Positions 40,239-49,940 of a stretch of DNA of 64,000 bases are shown piece by piece (the stretch's first letter is position 1; every line of letters begins with the position of its first letter). The DNA lies in IMG/VR virus record IMGVR_UViG_3300033571_012928, positions 2,586-66,585 of that record; one strand, 5' to 3'. The position numbers and the translations under genes were made by a program. Below the pieces are notes generated by a model that saw nothing but the letters and a program-made list of their open reading frames with translations, had not been told where the DNA came from and made no database searches. Source of the DNA: a virus.

Positions 40239-40526
40239 TTGAAAAAATCACAACTCATAAAAATCATTCGTGAAGAAGTTTCTGCTGTATTGAAAGAATA
40301 CGGTCAGGAACTTATTTACTTTTCGCCCATGGGGGTTGAACAAATAAAAAAGCCAGCAGAGGTCCAGATTAGAAAGTATAACAATTTCGAAACTTGGAAA
40401 GTTAATGCTCTACAGCGCGGCGCAACAGTTACGGATAGAGGCGAAGATTTTATCGCCGTTATGCCAAATAATGATTTACTAGGAACATATAGTAAAGCCA
40501 CGCAATTAGGAACGTTAACTTATTAA
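40239..40526 (+). CDS. small protein, tandem paralog 2
   Basis: See previous feature. Confidence 0.45.
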   Translation: MKKSQLIKIIREEVSAVLKEYGQELIYFSPMGVEQIKKPAEVQIRKYNNFETWKVNALQRGATVTDRGEDFIAVMPNNDLLGTYSKATQLGTLTY

Positions 40527-40529
40527 GTT

Positions 40530-40679
40530 TATGGCAAAAGATACAAAAAAATCAAAAGGTAATGCTAGAGCATCAATCAAAATTACATTCGGAGAAAAGA
40601 AAAAAGGTAGAGCAAAAAAAGCCTACGGACCTAAAGAGCAAAAGCCCAAAAGATACAAAGGGCAAGGTCGAAGAAGGTA
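40530..40679 (+). CDS. small highly basic protein (49 aa)
   Basis: Not in the ORF track; MAKDTKKSKGNARASIKITFGEKKKGRAKKAYGPKEQKPKRYKGQGRRR. Confidence 0.3.
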
Positions 40680-40722
40680 ATTTGTACGACGATTATAACT
40701 GGTATCCAGACCATAAAATACT

Positions 40723-40755
40723 TTGATTTCTGAATCAAAGTTATTATATTAAGTT
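40723..40755 (+). promoter_or_regulatory. promoter-like element
   Basis: TTTGATTTCTGAATCAAAGTTATTATATTAAGTT immediately 5' of the ATG. Confidence 0.35.
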
Positions 40756-41034
40756 ATGATCGATCTAATCCTTGTAATTATTACATTAAGTTTAGGCGCA
40801 ATTCTATATGTTGTGCTTCGAAATCGTGTTGACAAAGTAGAAGAAGCTTTGATTAAACAAGAAGCTGTTAATGAGCAACTTAGAGATGGGCTTATTAAAA
40901 TGGCAGAACATATGAATGTTCTTACAAATGCACATAACGAAGTAGCTGATGTATTAAATGCTCCTAAGCCTAAACAAGAAGAATTGATATGGGATGATTA
41001 TACCCCATGGAAAACTCCTACGGGAGAGGCATAA
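40756..41034 (+). CDS. small membrane protein
   Basis: N-terminal TM helix. Confidence 0.45.
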   Translation: MIDLILVIITLSLGAILYVVLRNRVDKVEEALIKQEAVNEQLRDGLIKMAEHMNVLTNAHNEVADVLNAPKPKQEELIWDDYTPWKTPTGEA

Positions 41035-41080
41035 TACATTAGTTTATTAGTTGTTTACATATTTATATGAAATGTAAACA

Positions 41081-42079
41081 ATGGCGTACGACTTATCTAA
41101 TCTATACATTTCACAATCCTACCAACAACTATTACAGGTTAGTGCATCTACAATAACAGATGGAACGGGGTCTTTGCTTTCTACTTTATTTTTAAATGGA
41201 AATAAGATAGTAACAGAAAATACTATTACGGCTATTTCTGCAGTAACTAGTTCTATATCGGCATTAAATGCTTGGACAGGATCTAATGTATATAGAACAG
41301 GATCATATACCGGATCATTTACGGGTACATTTATAGGTTCTGTTGTTAGTGCATCATATGCAGCATCTGCATCTGTTTCAATAAGTTCATCGGTAGCATC
41401 TACTAGTATTTCTAGTTCATTTGCAACTACTGCAGCAAGTTCAGTAACGGCTTCATATGTATTAAACGCAGTTAGTTCGTCATATGTATTAAACGCAATC
41501 AGTGCTTCATATTCTATAAGTGCATCTAATTCAATTAGTAGTAGCAATGCAATAACAGCTAGTTATGCATTGAATGCAGGTACAGTAACAGCAGGATTTC
41601 CATTTACAGGATCGGCTCAAATAACAGGTTCGTTAGGTGTTACAGGTTCTATTAACTCAACTAGTATTACATCTTCATTGTTTGGTACTGGATCATGGGC
41701 GGTATCTAGTTCAAGGTCTATTACAGCTTCAAATGCAGTTACTGCTTCATATGCAACATATGCATTGACAGCTGGAACAGTTGCGGTATCAGGTCAAATT
41801 GCGCCATCTGGAAGTGCAATTGCAGCTACCCAATCTCCTTTAAACTTTTTCGCAGGAGGTGGTTTAACTGCAGGTTCTCCGCCATCATTAGTTATCAATG
41901 TACCGGGCTTAAATGGAAAAACATTGAGTACAAATGCATTTATTTCTGCGGTAATGACAGGATCCGATGCTGCGGTGATGAATAATTACATTGCCGTAAG
42001 TGGATTAGCACCAAATGGTAATATTACATTTGTATCACAAGGACCAATTCAATTTACATTTACTGGAATTTACTTTTAA
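41081..42079 (+). CDS. Ser/Ala/Thr-rich repeat protein, possible fibre/structural protein
   Basis: Imperfect repeats (T/S)ASY(A/V)LNA(V/I)S and ITGSLGVTGS; 332 aa. Confidence 0.5.
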   Translation: MAYDLSNLYISQSYQQLLQVSASTITDGTGSLLSTLFLNGNKIVTENTITAISAVTSSISALNAWTGSNVYRTGSYTGSFTGTFIGSVVSASYAASASVSISSSVASTSISSSFATTAASSVTASYVLNAVSSSYVLNAISASYSISASNSISSSNAITASYALNAGTVTAGFPFTGSAQITGSLGVTGSINSTSITSSLFGTGSWAVSSSRSITASNAVTASYATYALTAGTVAVSGQIAPSGSAIAATQSPLNFFAGGGLTAGSPPSLVINVPGLNGKTLSTNAFISAVMTGSDAAVMNNYIAVSGLAPNGNITFVSQGPIQFTFTGIYF

Positions 42080-42083
42080 GTAT

Positions 42084-42302
42084 ATGCCTAAGTTTTTAAT
42101 GTCATTTACCGAATTCGTTAAACATACCGATAAAGCCATTTTATTCTTGGCTTTATGTGCTATGGCATATTTATATACAGATAATAAAAAAAGTAACGCT
42201 AAGCAAATTCAGTATTATCAAGAACGAATTGATAAACTAGAAAATCAAGTACTTGATTTACAAAAAACAATCATTGATTTAACTAATAAAACACGTAAAT
42301 GA
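42084..42302 (+). CDS. small membrane / coiled-coil protein
   Basis: Start moved to the ATG at 42084, just after the upstream stop; TM helix followed by a heptad-like segment. Confidence 0.4.
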   Translation: MPKFLMSFTEFVKHTDKAILFLALCAMAYLYTDNKKSNAKQIQYYQERIDKLENQVLDLQKTIIDLTNKTRK

Positions 42303-42589
42303 AAGTATTATATGCTACATTAACTGCGGTATTTATCATTTTAATACTTCAGTCTTTTTCAAATGACAATGTTAATGTTTTTAAAACATTGGATTCATCT
42401 ATTCGTCGTACAGATTCAATCGTATGTGAAACAAAGAAGCATGTAAATTATTTGAATGAGCATCATACGAAAGACATGAATGAAATAGACTCGCTGAAAC
42501 AAGTTTTGAATTCAATGAAGCATATCGAACCGGTACGAGTTTATACAATTGTACATGATACAGTAGTAGTACAAATCACAGAAAAGTAA
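42299..42589 (+). CDS. small membrane protein
   Basis: N-terminal TM helix. Confidence 0.45.
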   Translation: MKVLYATLTAVFIILILQSFSNDNVNVFKTLDSSIRRTDSIVCETKKHVNYLNEHHTKDMNEIDSLKQVLNSMKHIEPVRVYTIVHDTVVVQITEK

Positions 42590-42642
42590 AAAAAGTTAAC
42601 ATTTCGGTTGATCTTCTGAAAGTTTCATATTATCTTTATGGT
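42590..42642 (+). promoter_or_regulatory. class-B conserved intergenic promoter element
   Basis: AAAAAGTTAACATTTCGGTTGATCTTCTGAAAGTTTCATATTATCTTTATGGT: TTG then 20 nt then TATCTTTAT, ATG 3 nt later. Confidence 0.5.
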
Positions 42643-43299
42643 ATGAAATTAGTATTAGAGAAAGATCAAAGAGTATTTTTCATTTCAGATACTCATTATA
42701 ATCACGCTAACATTTGCAGTGCCACAACCAAATGGCCGCCATCAGACAAGTATTCTAGTAGAGATTTTCCTTCTCTAGAAGCAATGAACAGTAAATTGGT
42801 TGACAATATCAATTCAGTTGTAGGTCAAAATGATGTATTGTTTCACTTAGGAGATTGGAGCTTTGGAGGATTTGAAAGCATTGAAGATTTCCGCTCTAGA
42901 CTTGTTTGTAAGAACATCCACCTTATCTTGGGTAATCATGATCATCATATTGAGAATAATAAAGGAGACGTTCAAAATCTATTCAAGTCCGTTCATCATT
43001 ATGTTAATCTTAATCTAAAGCGTCCTAGTAGATATGGCAATGGACAAATGGACAAATACAATTTTATTTTATGTCATTTTCCAATTGCTTCTTGGGATAG
43101 AATGAAAGATGGAGTAATTCATTTGCATGGGCATGTTCATTTGCCTCCGCATTATAGAATTGCACAAGGTAGAGCAATGGATGTAGGATGTGAAGGTAGT
43201 GGATTAATGCCGATTGAATTGGAAGAGGTTCTTCGTTTAATGAAGAATCAGCCCGTTAAGGCTTTGAGTTTGCCAATGGATCATCATGAAATGGTTTAA
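42643..43299 (+). CDS. calcineurin-like metallophosphoesterase
   Basis: FISDTHYNH, LGDWSFGG, LGNHDHH, HGHVH metal-binding motifs. Confidence 0.75.
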   Translation: MKLVLEKDQRVFFISDTHYNHANICSATTKWPPSDKYSSRDFPSLEAMNSKLVDNINSVVGQNDVLFHLGDWSFGGFESIEDFRSRLVCKNIHLILGNHDHHIENNKGDVQNLFKSVHHYVNLNLKRPSRYGNGQMDKYNFILCHFPIASWDRMKDGVIHLHGHVHLPPHYRIAQGRAMDVGCEGSGLMPIELEEVLRLMKNQPVKALSLPMDHHEMV

Positions 43300-43304
43300 A
43301 AGTT

Positions 43305-43703
43305 ATGAAAAAAGAAATAATATACACAGAACACTATGCACTTATTGTAAGTGATGAGAAGATTGAAGAGGGTAGTTTTATTTACGAAACAAATATTGGT
43401 GAAGTAAGTAAGGTTGACAAATGGTATTGTGAAATTTTAGAAAAAGGCGTAAAAGTAGAACCTTTTGTTAAAGTAATTGCACACCGACCATTAACAAATG
43501 CACCTATTCTTGAAGGAGTTCCTTTGTTACCTGATATAGCATGGAATGACAATTCAAAACATCCTAAGTATTTTGAGTGTGAAACTATCACAATGAACAA
43601 AGGGTACACTGATAAATCAGATTATCCTTATCAAGAATGTGAAATACCAAAAACAATCACTAACTCACAAGGTCAAACAGAATTAGTAGGAACTTTTTCT
43701 TGA
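43305..43703 (+). CDS. hypothetical protein
   Basis: ORF. Confidence 0.5.
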   Translation: MKKEIIYTEHYALIVSDEKIEEGSFIYETNIGEVSKVDKWYCEILEKGVKVEPFVKVIAHRPLTNAPILEGVPLLPDIAWNDNSKHPKYFECETITMNKGYTDKSDYPYQECEIPKTITNSQGQTELVGTFS

Positions 43704-43705
43704 AT

Positions 43706-43744
43706 TCGGTTGTTTATTTGAAAAAAAGATATTATCTTTATGTT
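43706..43744 (+). promoter_or_regulatory. class-B promoter element (partial)
   Basis: TCGGTTGTTTATTTGAAAAAAAGATATTATCTTTATGTT. Confidence 0.4.
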
Positions 43745-44164
43745 ATGAATAAGGTTTTAGTGATTTTAAGGGGACTTCCGGGAGCTGGTAAGTCTTCATT
43801 TGCTAATTTGATTTGGCAATCAGGAGTTATATTTGAAGCTGATAAGTACTTTATCAACGAAGAAGGTGAGTATGTATTTGATGCTTTTAAATTACCTAAA
43901 GCACATCAGTGGTGTATTCAATCAATTGAAGCTGCTATGAAAAGAAATGAAGAATCAAATGGTCAATACTTTTCAGAAATAGTAGTTTCAAATACAACTA
44001 CTACCGAGAAAGAAATGCAACCTTATTTAGACTTAGCTAAGGCATATGGATATAATGTTGTTTCTTTGATTGTAGAAAATAGACATGGTAATGTTTCAGT
44101 ACATGGAGTTGCTGAAGAAACAATGGATAAAATGGAAAAACGTTTTGAAATAAAATTACGATAA
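43745..44164 (+). CDS. P-loop kinase (polynucleotide/nucleoside kinase-like)
   Basis: VLVILRGLPGAGKSSFA Walker A; ~140 aa kinase-domain size; start set at the ATG after the promoter box. Confidence 0.55.
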   Translation: MNKVLVILRGLPGAGKSSFANLIWQSGVIFEADKYFINEEGEYVFDAFKLPKAHQWCIQSIEAAMKRNEESNGQYFSEIVVSNTTTTEKEMQPYLDLAKAYGYNVVSLIVENRHGNVSVHGVAEETMDKMEKRFEIKLR

Positions 44165-44168
44165 GAAA

Positions 44169-45017
44169 ATGTTAACATTAAATTTAATAAATCAACTTAA
44201 ATCTGATATCAAATATGAAATCAGTAAGTTCCCTGATGGTCAGCAATCAATTGTATTGACAGATTACAATCATTTAGACCGTTATTCCGATGCAATATCT
44301 ATTAAGACTAGAATCAATTCATTTTTAGACTTAGAAATTTTAATATGTGCAACTCAAGCGCTTCGTACTATTACAGATAGACCAATTGCATTATATGTGC
44401 CATATTTCCTAGGATCAAGGTCAGATCGTAAATTTGTAGACGGCGGAGTAAATTATTTGAAGCAAGTAATTAGTCCTATCATTAATTCATTGGATTTTAC
44501 TAGAGTCGTTGTATTAGATCCTCACTCAGATGTATTAGAAGCTTGTTTAAACAACTTTGAAAAAGCAGATAATCATTTAATTGTTAAATATGCATTGGAA
44601 GACTTAGGCGTAATTAATTCAGTAGATGAGGTTTGTTTAGTTAGTCCCGATGCAGGTGCATATAAAAAGATTTTTGATGTTGCTCGTAAATTTGGTATTG
44701 AAAAGATTATCACTGCAACCAAAGTACGAGATATGAAGACAGGTAATATTCTTCATACTGAGATTCCAGTTTTAGATCAGCATGAAGATCTTAAGTATAT
44801 TATCATCGATGACATTTGCGATGGCGGTAGAACATTTGTTGAATTAGCCAAGGCAATCAAAGCAGGTCGACCAACGGCTAAGATTTACCTAATTGTAACA
44901 CATGGTATCTTTAGTGCAGGATATGACCAATTGAGTGAGTATGTTGATCGAGTTTATACTACCAATTCATATAAAGACATTGATCATTCATTTGTACAAC
45001 AATATACTGTAATCTAA
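44169..45017 (+). CDS. ribose-phosphate pyrophosphokinase (PRPP synthetase)-like; candidate ADPR-pyrophosphate synthetase (Adps)
   Basis: IIIDDICDGGRTFVELAKAIKAG equals the Prs PRPP-binding loop (VLVDDMIDTGGT); 282 aa. Confidence 0.6.
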   Translation: MLTLNLINQLKSDIKYEISKFPDGQQSIVLTDYNHLDRYSDAISIKTRINSFLDLEILICATQALRTITDRPIALYVPYFLGSRSDRKFVDGGVNYLKQVISPIINSLDFTRVVVLDPHSDVLEACLNNFEKADNHLIVKYALEDLGVINSVDEVCLVSPDAGAYKKIFDVARKFGIEKIITATKVRDMKTGNILHTEIPVLDQHEDLKYIIIDDICDGGRTFVELAKAIKAGRPTAKIYLIVTHGIFSAGYDQLSEYVDRVYTTNSYKDIDHSFVQQYTVI

Positions 45018-45019
45018 TT

Positions 45020-45538
45020 ATGATAAATTACGTAGACGGCGATGTAGTTAAACTAGCCAAAGAAGGAGCATTTGATGTAGTAGTACATGGATGTAATTGT
45101 TTAAGCACTATGGGTGCGGGAGTAGCGCCTCAAATGGCTAAAGCATTTGGGTGTGATAAATTTGAAATGGAAAGGTCAGGTCCATCGATACATAAACTAG
45201 GTAATATCGACTATGAGACTTTGTATTTTGAAGATAACAAAACTTGGACTAAATACCCGGACGAAGGTGGAAAGTGGGCTACAATTAAATTAACAGTAGT
45301 AAATGCTTATACACAGTACATGTATGGACGCAACCATGTTGACGGTGTAGCAGCGCCATTCGACTATGAAGCATTTACCGTCTGTATGAGAAAGATGAAT
45401 CATATTTTTAAAGGTAAGCATATTGGAATGCCTAAGATTGGCTCGCATTTAGCCGGCGGCGATTGGGAACAAATAGAAGAGATTATCGGAATAGAATTAT
45501 CAGATTGTAAAGTAACAGTTGTAAATTATAAACCATGA
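45020..45538 (+). CDS. Macro-domain protein
   Basis: VVHGCNCLSTMGAGVAPQMAKAFG matches the macro N(x)6GGGV ADP-ribose-binding pattern. Confidence 0.6.
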   Translation: MINYVDGDVVKLAKEGAFDVVVHGCNCLSTMGAGVAPQMAKAFGCDKFEMERSGPSIHKLGNIDYETLYFEDNKTWTKYPDEGGKWATIKLTVVNAYTQYMYGRNHVDGVAAPFDYEAFTVCMRKMNHIFKGKHIGMPKIGSHLAGGDWEQIEEIIGIELSDCKVTVVNYKP

Positions 45539-45942
45539 TGCAAGACCATATTAACGTAGATCGAATTATAGGAATTCGAATTTATGACGAACGGGGTGCA
45601 GCTTATAAATGGCTACCAGCTAAACAAAAAACTACATTCTTTGGACTTATTAAATTAAACAAATGGTATTCGGAAGGGTTTTATGCCTATGGATGTTATG
45701 AAGAAGGTTATGGAGATTCGAGTTGGGATTCTAGTGCATACACAGAAAGCGAATTAATACAACGAGATTACTTAGTAAGAGGTAAGGATGTATTTCATAA
45801 ACCATATGTTATTGTGTATTTGCAAGATGATATTTCAATATCAAAAAAGTTTAACACATTACATGAAGCCCAATCATGGGTCGAACAATTGAAATCAAAA
45901 TGTAAAAATCAATTTGAAATTATAAACTATGAAAGTATTTAA
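45535..45942 (+). CDS. hypothetical protein
   Basis: ORF. Confidence 0.5.
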   Translation: MMQDHINVDRIIGIRIYDERGAAYKWLPAKQKTTFFGLIKLNKWYSEGFYAYGCYEEGYGDSSWDSSAYTESELIQRDYLVRGKDVFHKPYVIVYLQDDISISKKFNTLHEAQSWVEQLKSKCKNQFEIINYESI

Positions 45943-46423
45943 ACCAAATGACCTGTATCAAGAAGTACCTGAGAATACGGTATCTGTATTTTTAGCAGGA
46001 TCCATTGAAATGGGCACAGCTGAAGATTGGCAAAGCAAAGTACAAGAACAACTTAAGTACAGTGACATTGTAATTTTTAATCCACGTCGTGATGATTGGG
46101 ATTCATCTTGGGTACAACAACAGTCTAATCCACAATTTAATCATCAAGTAAATTGGGAAATGGATAAGCTTGAAGATGCAGACATTATCTTTATGTATCT
46201 CTCTCCTGAAACTAAATCTCCTATTTCATTATTGGAATTAGGATTACATGCTAATGACAGAAAAATGATTGTATGTTGTCCAGATGGATTTTGGAGAAAA
46301 GGAAACGTAGACATTGTATGTACTCGAAATAACATTCAGTGCTTTACTAATATCGACGATGCAATTGGAGCTCTTCGAACTAGGATTGCAATGGAAAAAG
46401 CAATTCGAAACTCATTATACTAA
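45929..46423 (+). CDS. nucleoside 2-deoxyribosyltransferase-like protein
   Basis: VFLAGSIEMGTAEDW ... FNPRRDDWD resembles the NDT-family Rossmann-like core. Confidence 0.4.
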   Translation: MKVFKPNDLYQEVPENTVSVFLAGSIEMGTAEDWQSKVQEQLKYSDIVIFNPRRDDWDSSWVQQQSNPQFNHQVNWEMDKLEDADIIFMYLSPETKSPISLLELGLHANDRKMIVCCPDGFWRKGNVDIVCTRNNIQCFTNIDDAIGALRTRIAMEKAIRNSLY

Positions 46424-46424
46424 A

Positions 46425-46492
46425 CTTTTTTAACATTTCGGTTGATCTTTTGAAATAAAGCTATTATCTTTATAGCATAATAAGAAAAATAT
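46425..46492 (+). promoter_or_regulatory. class-B conserved intergenic promoter element
   Basis: TTTTAACATTTCGGTTGATCTTTTGAAATAAAGCTATTATCTTTATAGCATAATAAG. Confidence 0.5.
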
Positions 46493-47989
46493 ATGAATCC
46501 ACTTTTATTAACAGATGGTTACAAAACGGGTCACCATCAGCAGTACCCAAAAGGAACTACATTAGTTTATTCTAATTTTACTCCTCGTTCAAATAAATAC
46601 GCTCCTAAAGGTTGCAATGAAGTAGTTGTATTTGGTACACAAATGGTTATGCAACAAATTCACGAAGCATTTAAAAAAGATTTCTTTAGTAGACCTAAAG
46701 AAGAAGTATGCGGAGAAATGAAACGTGAGTTGTCAATGTATTTAGGTACTGACTATGATGTAAGTCATTTTGAAGCATTACATGATTTAGGTTGTTTACC
46801 TATTAGTGTTAAAGCATTGCCCGAAGGTAGTAAGGCTCCTATTAAAGTTCCTGTATTAACTATTCATAACACTCATCCGGACTTTTATTGGGTTACGAAT
46901 TATTTAGAGACTATCTTGTCTAACTTGTTATGGAAGCCAATGACGTCAGCAACTATTGCTCATCAGTATCGTAAAGTATTGACCAAGTGGATGGAAAAGA
47001 CCGACAAAGAAAGAGCATGGTTTATTGATTGGCAGGGTCATGACTTTTCAATGAGAGGAATGGATTCTGCGGAAGCAACTATTGCATCTGGTTTAGGTCA
47101 CTTAACTTCATTTTTAGGATCAGATTCATTACCAACTATTTATGGTGCTAGAAAGTATTACGATGCTGAAGGAATGGTTTGTGGCTCTGTAAATGCTACC
47201 GAGCATAGTGTAATGTGTGCTGGCGGTAAGGAAGATGAAGTTGACACATTCCGTAGATTGTTAGAAACTTATCCAACAGGTATTTTATCAGTTGTATCTG
47301 ATACTTGGGACTTGTGGAAAGTATGTACCGAGCATGTAGTTACTTTGAAAGAAGAAATTATAGCTCGCGATGGTAAGTTGGTTATTCGTCCTGATAGCGG
47401 TGATCCGGCTGATATTTTATGTGGCTTAAACACAGCAAGCTCAATGTGGACAAAGGATATCACAATGAAACCTGAGTGGAAGGGTGTTATTGAATTACTT
47501 TGGGATGTATTTGGTGGGACAGTAAACGAACAAGGTTATAAAGTTCTTGATAGTCACATTGGAGCAATCTACGGTGATTCAATTACCATTGATAGAGCAG
47601 ATGAAATTTGTAGACGTTTAGAGGCTAAAGGGTTTGCTTCAACTAACGTAGTATTAGGTATTGGTTCATTTACTTACCAATACAATACTAGAGATACATT
47701 TGGATTCGCAATGAAGGCTACCTATGTTGAAGTTAATAAGCCTAAGTTTGAAGGCGACTTTAATCCTGAGGGTAGAGAGATTTTCAAAGATCCTATCACC
47801 GATGATGGTACTAAGAAATCAGCAACCGGGTTGTTAGCTGTATTTGAAAATGAAGTAAATGGTACCTATGAACTAGTTGATCATTGCGATTGGAATACAG
47901 AGAACCGCGGTGAATTGAAAGTTATTTATGAGAACGGTAAGTTTGATAATAGAGTAACTTTAGAAGAAATCAGAGAACGTTTAAAATAA
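46493..47989 (+). CDS. nicotinamide phosphoribosyltransferase (NAMPT/NadV)-family protein; candidate Namat
   Basis: N-terminal LLLTDGYKTGHHQQYP matches the NadV TDSYK.THyxQYP motif; 498 aa. Confidence 0.75.
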   Translation: MNPLLLTDGYKTGHHQQYPKGTTLVYSNFTPRSNKYAPKGCNEVVVFGTQMVMQQIHEAFKKDFFSRPKEEVCGEMKRELSMYLGTDYDVSHFEALHDLGCLPISVKALPEGSKAPIKVPVLTIHNTHPDFYWVTNYLETILSNLLWKPMTSATIAHQYRKVLTKWMEKTDKERAWFIDWQGHDFSMRGMDSAEATIASGLGHLTSFLGSDSLPTIYGARKYYDAEGMVCGSVNATEHSVMCAGGKEDEVDTFRRLLETYPTGILSVVSDTWDLWKVCTEHVVTLKEEIIARDGKLVIRPDSGDPADILCGLNTASSMWTKDITMKPEWKGVIELLWDVFGGTVNEQGYKVLDSHIGAIYGDSITIDRADEICRRLEAKGFASTNVVLGIGSFTYQYNTRDTFGFAMKATYVEVNKPKFEGDFNPEGREIFKDPITDDGTKKSATGLLAVFENEVNGTYELVDHCDWNTENRGELKVIYENGKFDNRVTLEEIRERLK

Positions 47990-48037
47990 GTTTACAAAGC
48001 ATTAGGAATTACGAAAAATAAATATTAAATTTATGAT

Positions 48038-48460
48038 ATGAAAAAGTTTATATACTTAGACGATGTAAGAACTCCTAATGACGAAGGTTGGGTTGTAGTT
48101 AGAAACTATGACGAATTTGTAAATACAATTACCGAAATTGGTCTAGAGAATATTGAGCTTATATCTCTAGACCATGATTTGGGTGATACTGCCATGATGG
48201 AATGGCATACTAATGTTGCTCGTAACTTTACTTTGAACTATGATAATATCAAAGAAAAGACAGGAATGGATTGTACTAAATGGTTAGTAGAACAGTGGAT
48301 GAATGGCGCACCTGTATGTAAAGTAATGGTACATTCAGCTAATGCAATCGGATCCGCTAACATGATGGGTTATATCAATAACTTTAAACACATTAGTAGA
48401 TTGAATCAAGATTGTGGTAGATGGATTGTTCCTCATACAATCGAAACTGTAATTGACTAA
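48038..48460 (+). CDS. hypothetical protein
   Basis: ORF; IYLDDVR ... ISLDHDLGD segments of unknown function. Confidence 0.5.
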   Translation: MKKFIYLDDVRTPNDEGWVVVRNYDEFVNTITEIGLENIELISLDHDLGDTAMMEWHTNVARNFTLNYDNIKEKTGMDCTKWLVEQWMNGAPVCKVMVHSANAIGSANMMGYINNFKHISRLNQDCGRWIVPHTIETVID

Positions 48461-48485
48461 AAAATAAATTAATAAAATTAACGAA

Positions 48486-49625
48486 ATGGAAAATCAAAAT
48501 AGTGTATGCTACGTAGCAAGAATAGGTGAAGTTAAACCTATCGAAGGAGCTGATAATATTGAACAAGCATTCGTAGGAGGATGGAGTTGTATTGTCCCAA
48601 AGGGTCAATATAAACAAGGATATTTGGCTGTTATAGCAACTACCGATGCAGTTATTCCTCAAGAATTATCAGATCTAATGAATGTAACCAATTACTTGCG
48701 TAAAGGTCAAAGAGTAAGAACGGTTAAGTTGAGAGGTGTTTATTCAGAATGTTTAATTATTCCTTTTGATAAATTACTTTTACCTAAAACATTCGTAGAT
48801 AATGTTAAAGAAGGTAAGGACATGATGGAAATGTTAGGTATCTACAAATATGAACCACCTGCGGTACAAGTACAATTGGCATCTGGTCGTAAAGTTAAGT
48901 ATCATCAGAATCCTAATTTTGGTATTTACTATAAATTTCCTAATTTGAAAAACGTACCCGGCATGTATTCAAATGAAGATGAAGTAGAAATTACTAGAAA
49001 AATTCATGGTACTAATGCTCGTTATGGTATTGTAAAGAAAAAGTCTTTGTCATTCTGGGATAAAGTTAAAAAGTTTTTGAGATTAGCTGATGAGTTCATT
49101 GAATATGAATATGTATATGGATCCCATAACGTAGAAAAAGGATCTGACTCTCAAGGATTTTATGACACTGATGTATGGAAGACCGTAGCTGAAAAGTATA
49201 ACATAAGAGAAAACTTATGGAACTTATTCAAGTCAGTTAAAGATGTATACAGTATTGAGCAAGGATTTGTAATCTATGGAGAGATCTATGGTCCAGGTAT
49301 TCAAAAGAATTTTGACTATGGTTTAAAAGAAATTGAATACGCAGGATTTGATGTAACCATCGATGGGGAGTACTGTGACTGTAAAAGAAGTTTCATGCTT
49401 CATAACATATTAGGTTTAGATTATGTACCTGTTTTATACTATGGAAACTGGTCTCAAGAAACTCAAGACAAGTATGTATTTAACAATTTCATCGAAGGCA
49501 CTAAAGTTCCTCACGAAGGCATTGTAATTAAGCCAATAGATGGTAATAGACATAAAGTAGCTAAGGTAATCAATCCGGATTATTTAATCTATGGAGAGAA
49601 ACATAACGTAGGAGATTCACATTAA
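48486..49625 (+). CDS. RNA ligase (Rnl2-like nucleotidyltransferase) with N-terminal extra domain
   Basis: KIHGTNARYG is identical to the T4 Rnl2 motif I lysine-adenylylation site (KIHGTN). Confidence 0.65.
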   Translation: MENQNSVCYVARIGEVKPIEGADNIEQAFVGGWSCIVPKGQYKQGYLAVIATTDAVIPQELSDLMNVTNYLRKGQRVRTVKLRGVYSECLIIPFDKLLLPKTFVDNVKEGKDMMEMLGIYKYEPPAVQVQLASGRKVKYHQNPNFGIYYKFPNLKNVPGMYSNEDEVEITRKIHGTNARYGIVKKKSLSFWDKVKKFLRLADEFIEYEYVYGSHNVEKGSDSQGFYDTDVWKTVAEKYNIRENLWNLFKSVKDVYSIEQGFVIYGEIYGPGIQKNFDYGLKEIEYAGFDVTIDGEYCDCKRSFMLHNILGLDYVPVLYYGNWSQETQDKYVFNNFIEGTKVPHEGIVIKPIDGNRHKVAKVINPDYLIYGEKHNVGDSH

Positions 49626-49631
49626 AATAAT

Positions 49632-49811
49632 ATGAAACATTTAAAGTATTTATTGACAGGAACGGCTCTGATAGGGTTGCCTGTGGCGATTGGATTGGGT
49701 ATTGGTCTTTTAATGAAGACAATGCCAGTAGTTGGATATACAGTATTCGGATTAGTATTACTAACGTTTGTGTATCTATATGGAAGAAAAACATTAGAAA
49801 ACAATGCCTAG
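49632..49811 (+). CDS. small membrane protein (59 aa)
   Basis: Not in the track; MKHLKYLLTGTALIGLPVAIGLGIGLLMKTMPVVGYTVFGLVLLTFVYLYGRK has two TM segments. Confidence 0.4.
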   Translation: MKHLKYLLTGTALIGLPVAIGLGIGLLMKTMPVVGYTVFGLVLLTFVYLYGRKTLENNA

Positions 49812-49940
49812 TAACATATTAGAATTGTATCTTGAACAAATTGCGGAACTAATTAACCAAAACCCTAATGACACCGACTTAGGGAAATTAGTCCGCAGTT
49901 TGTACGAGACTGAATCATACTTAAAGAAATTTAAAAAGTA

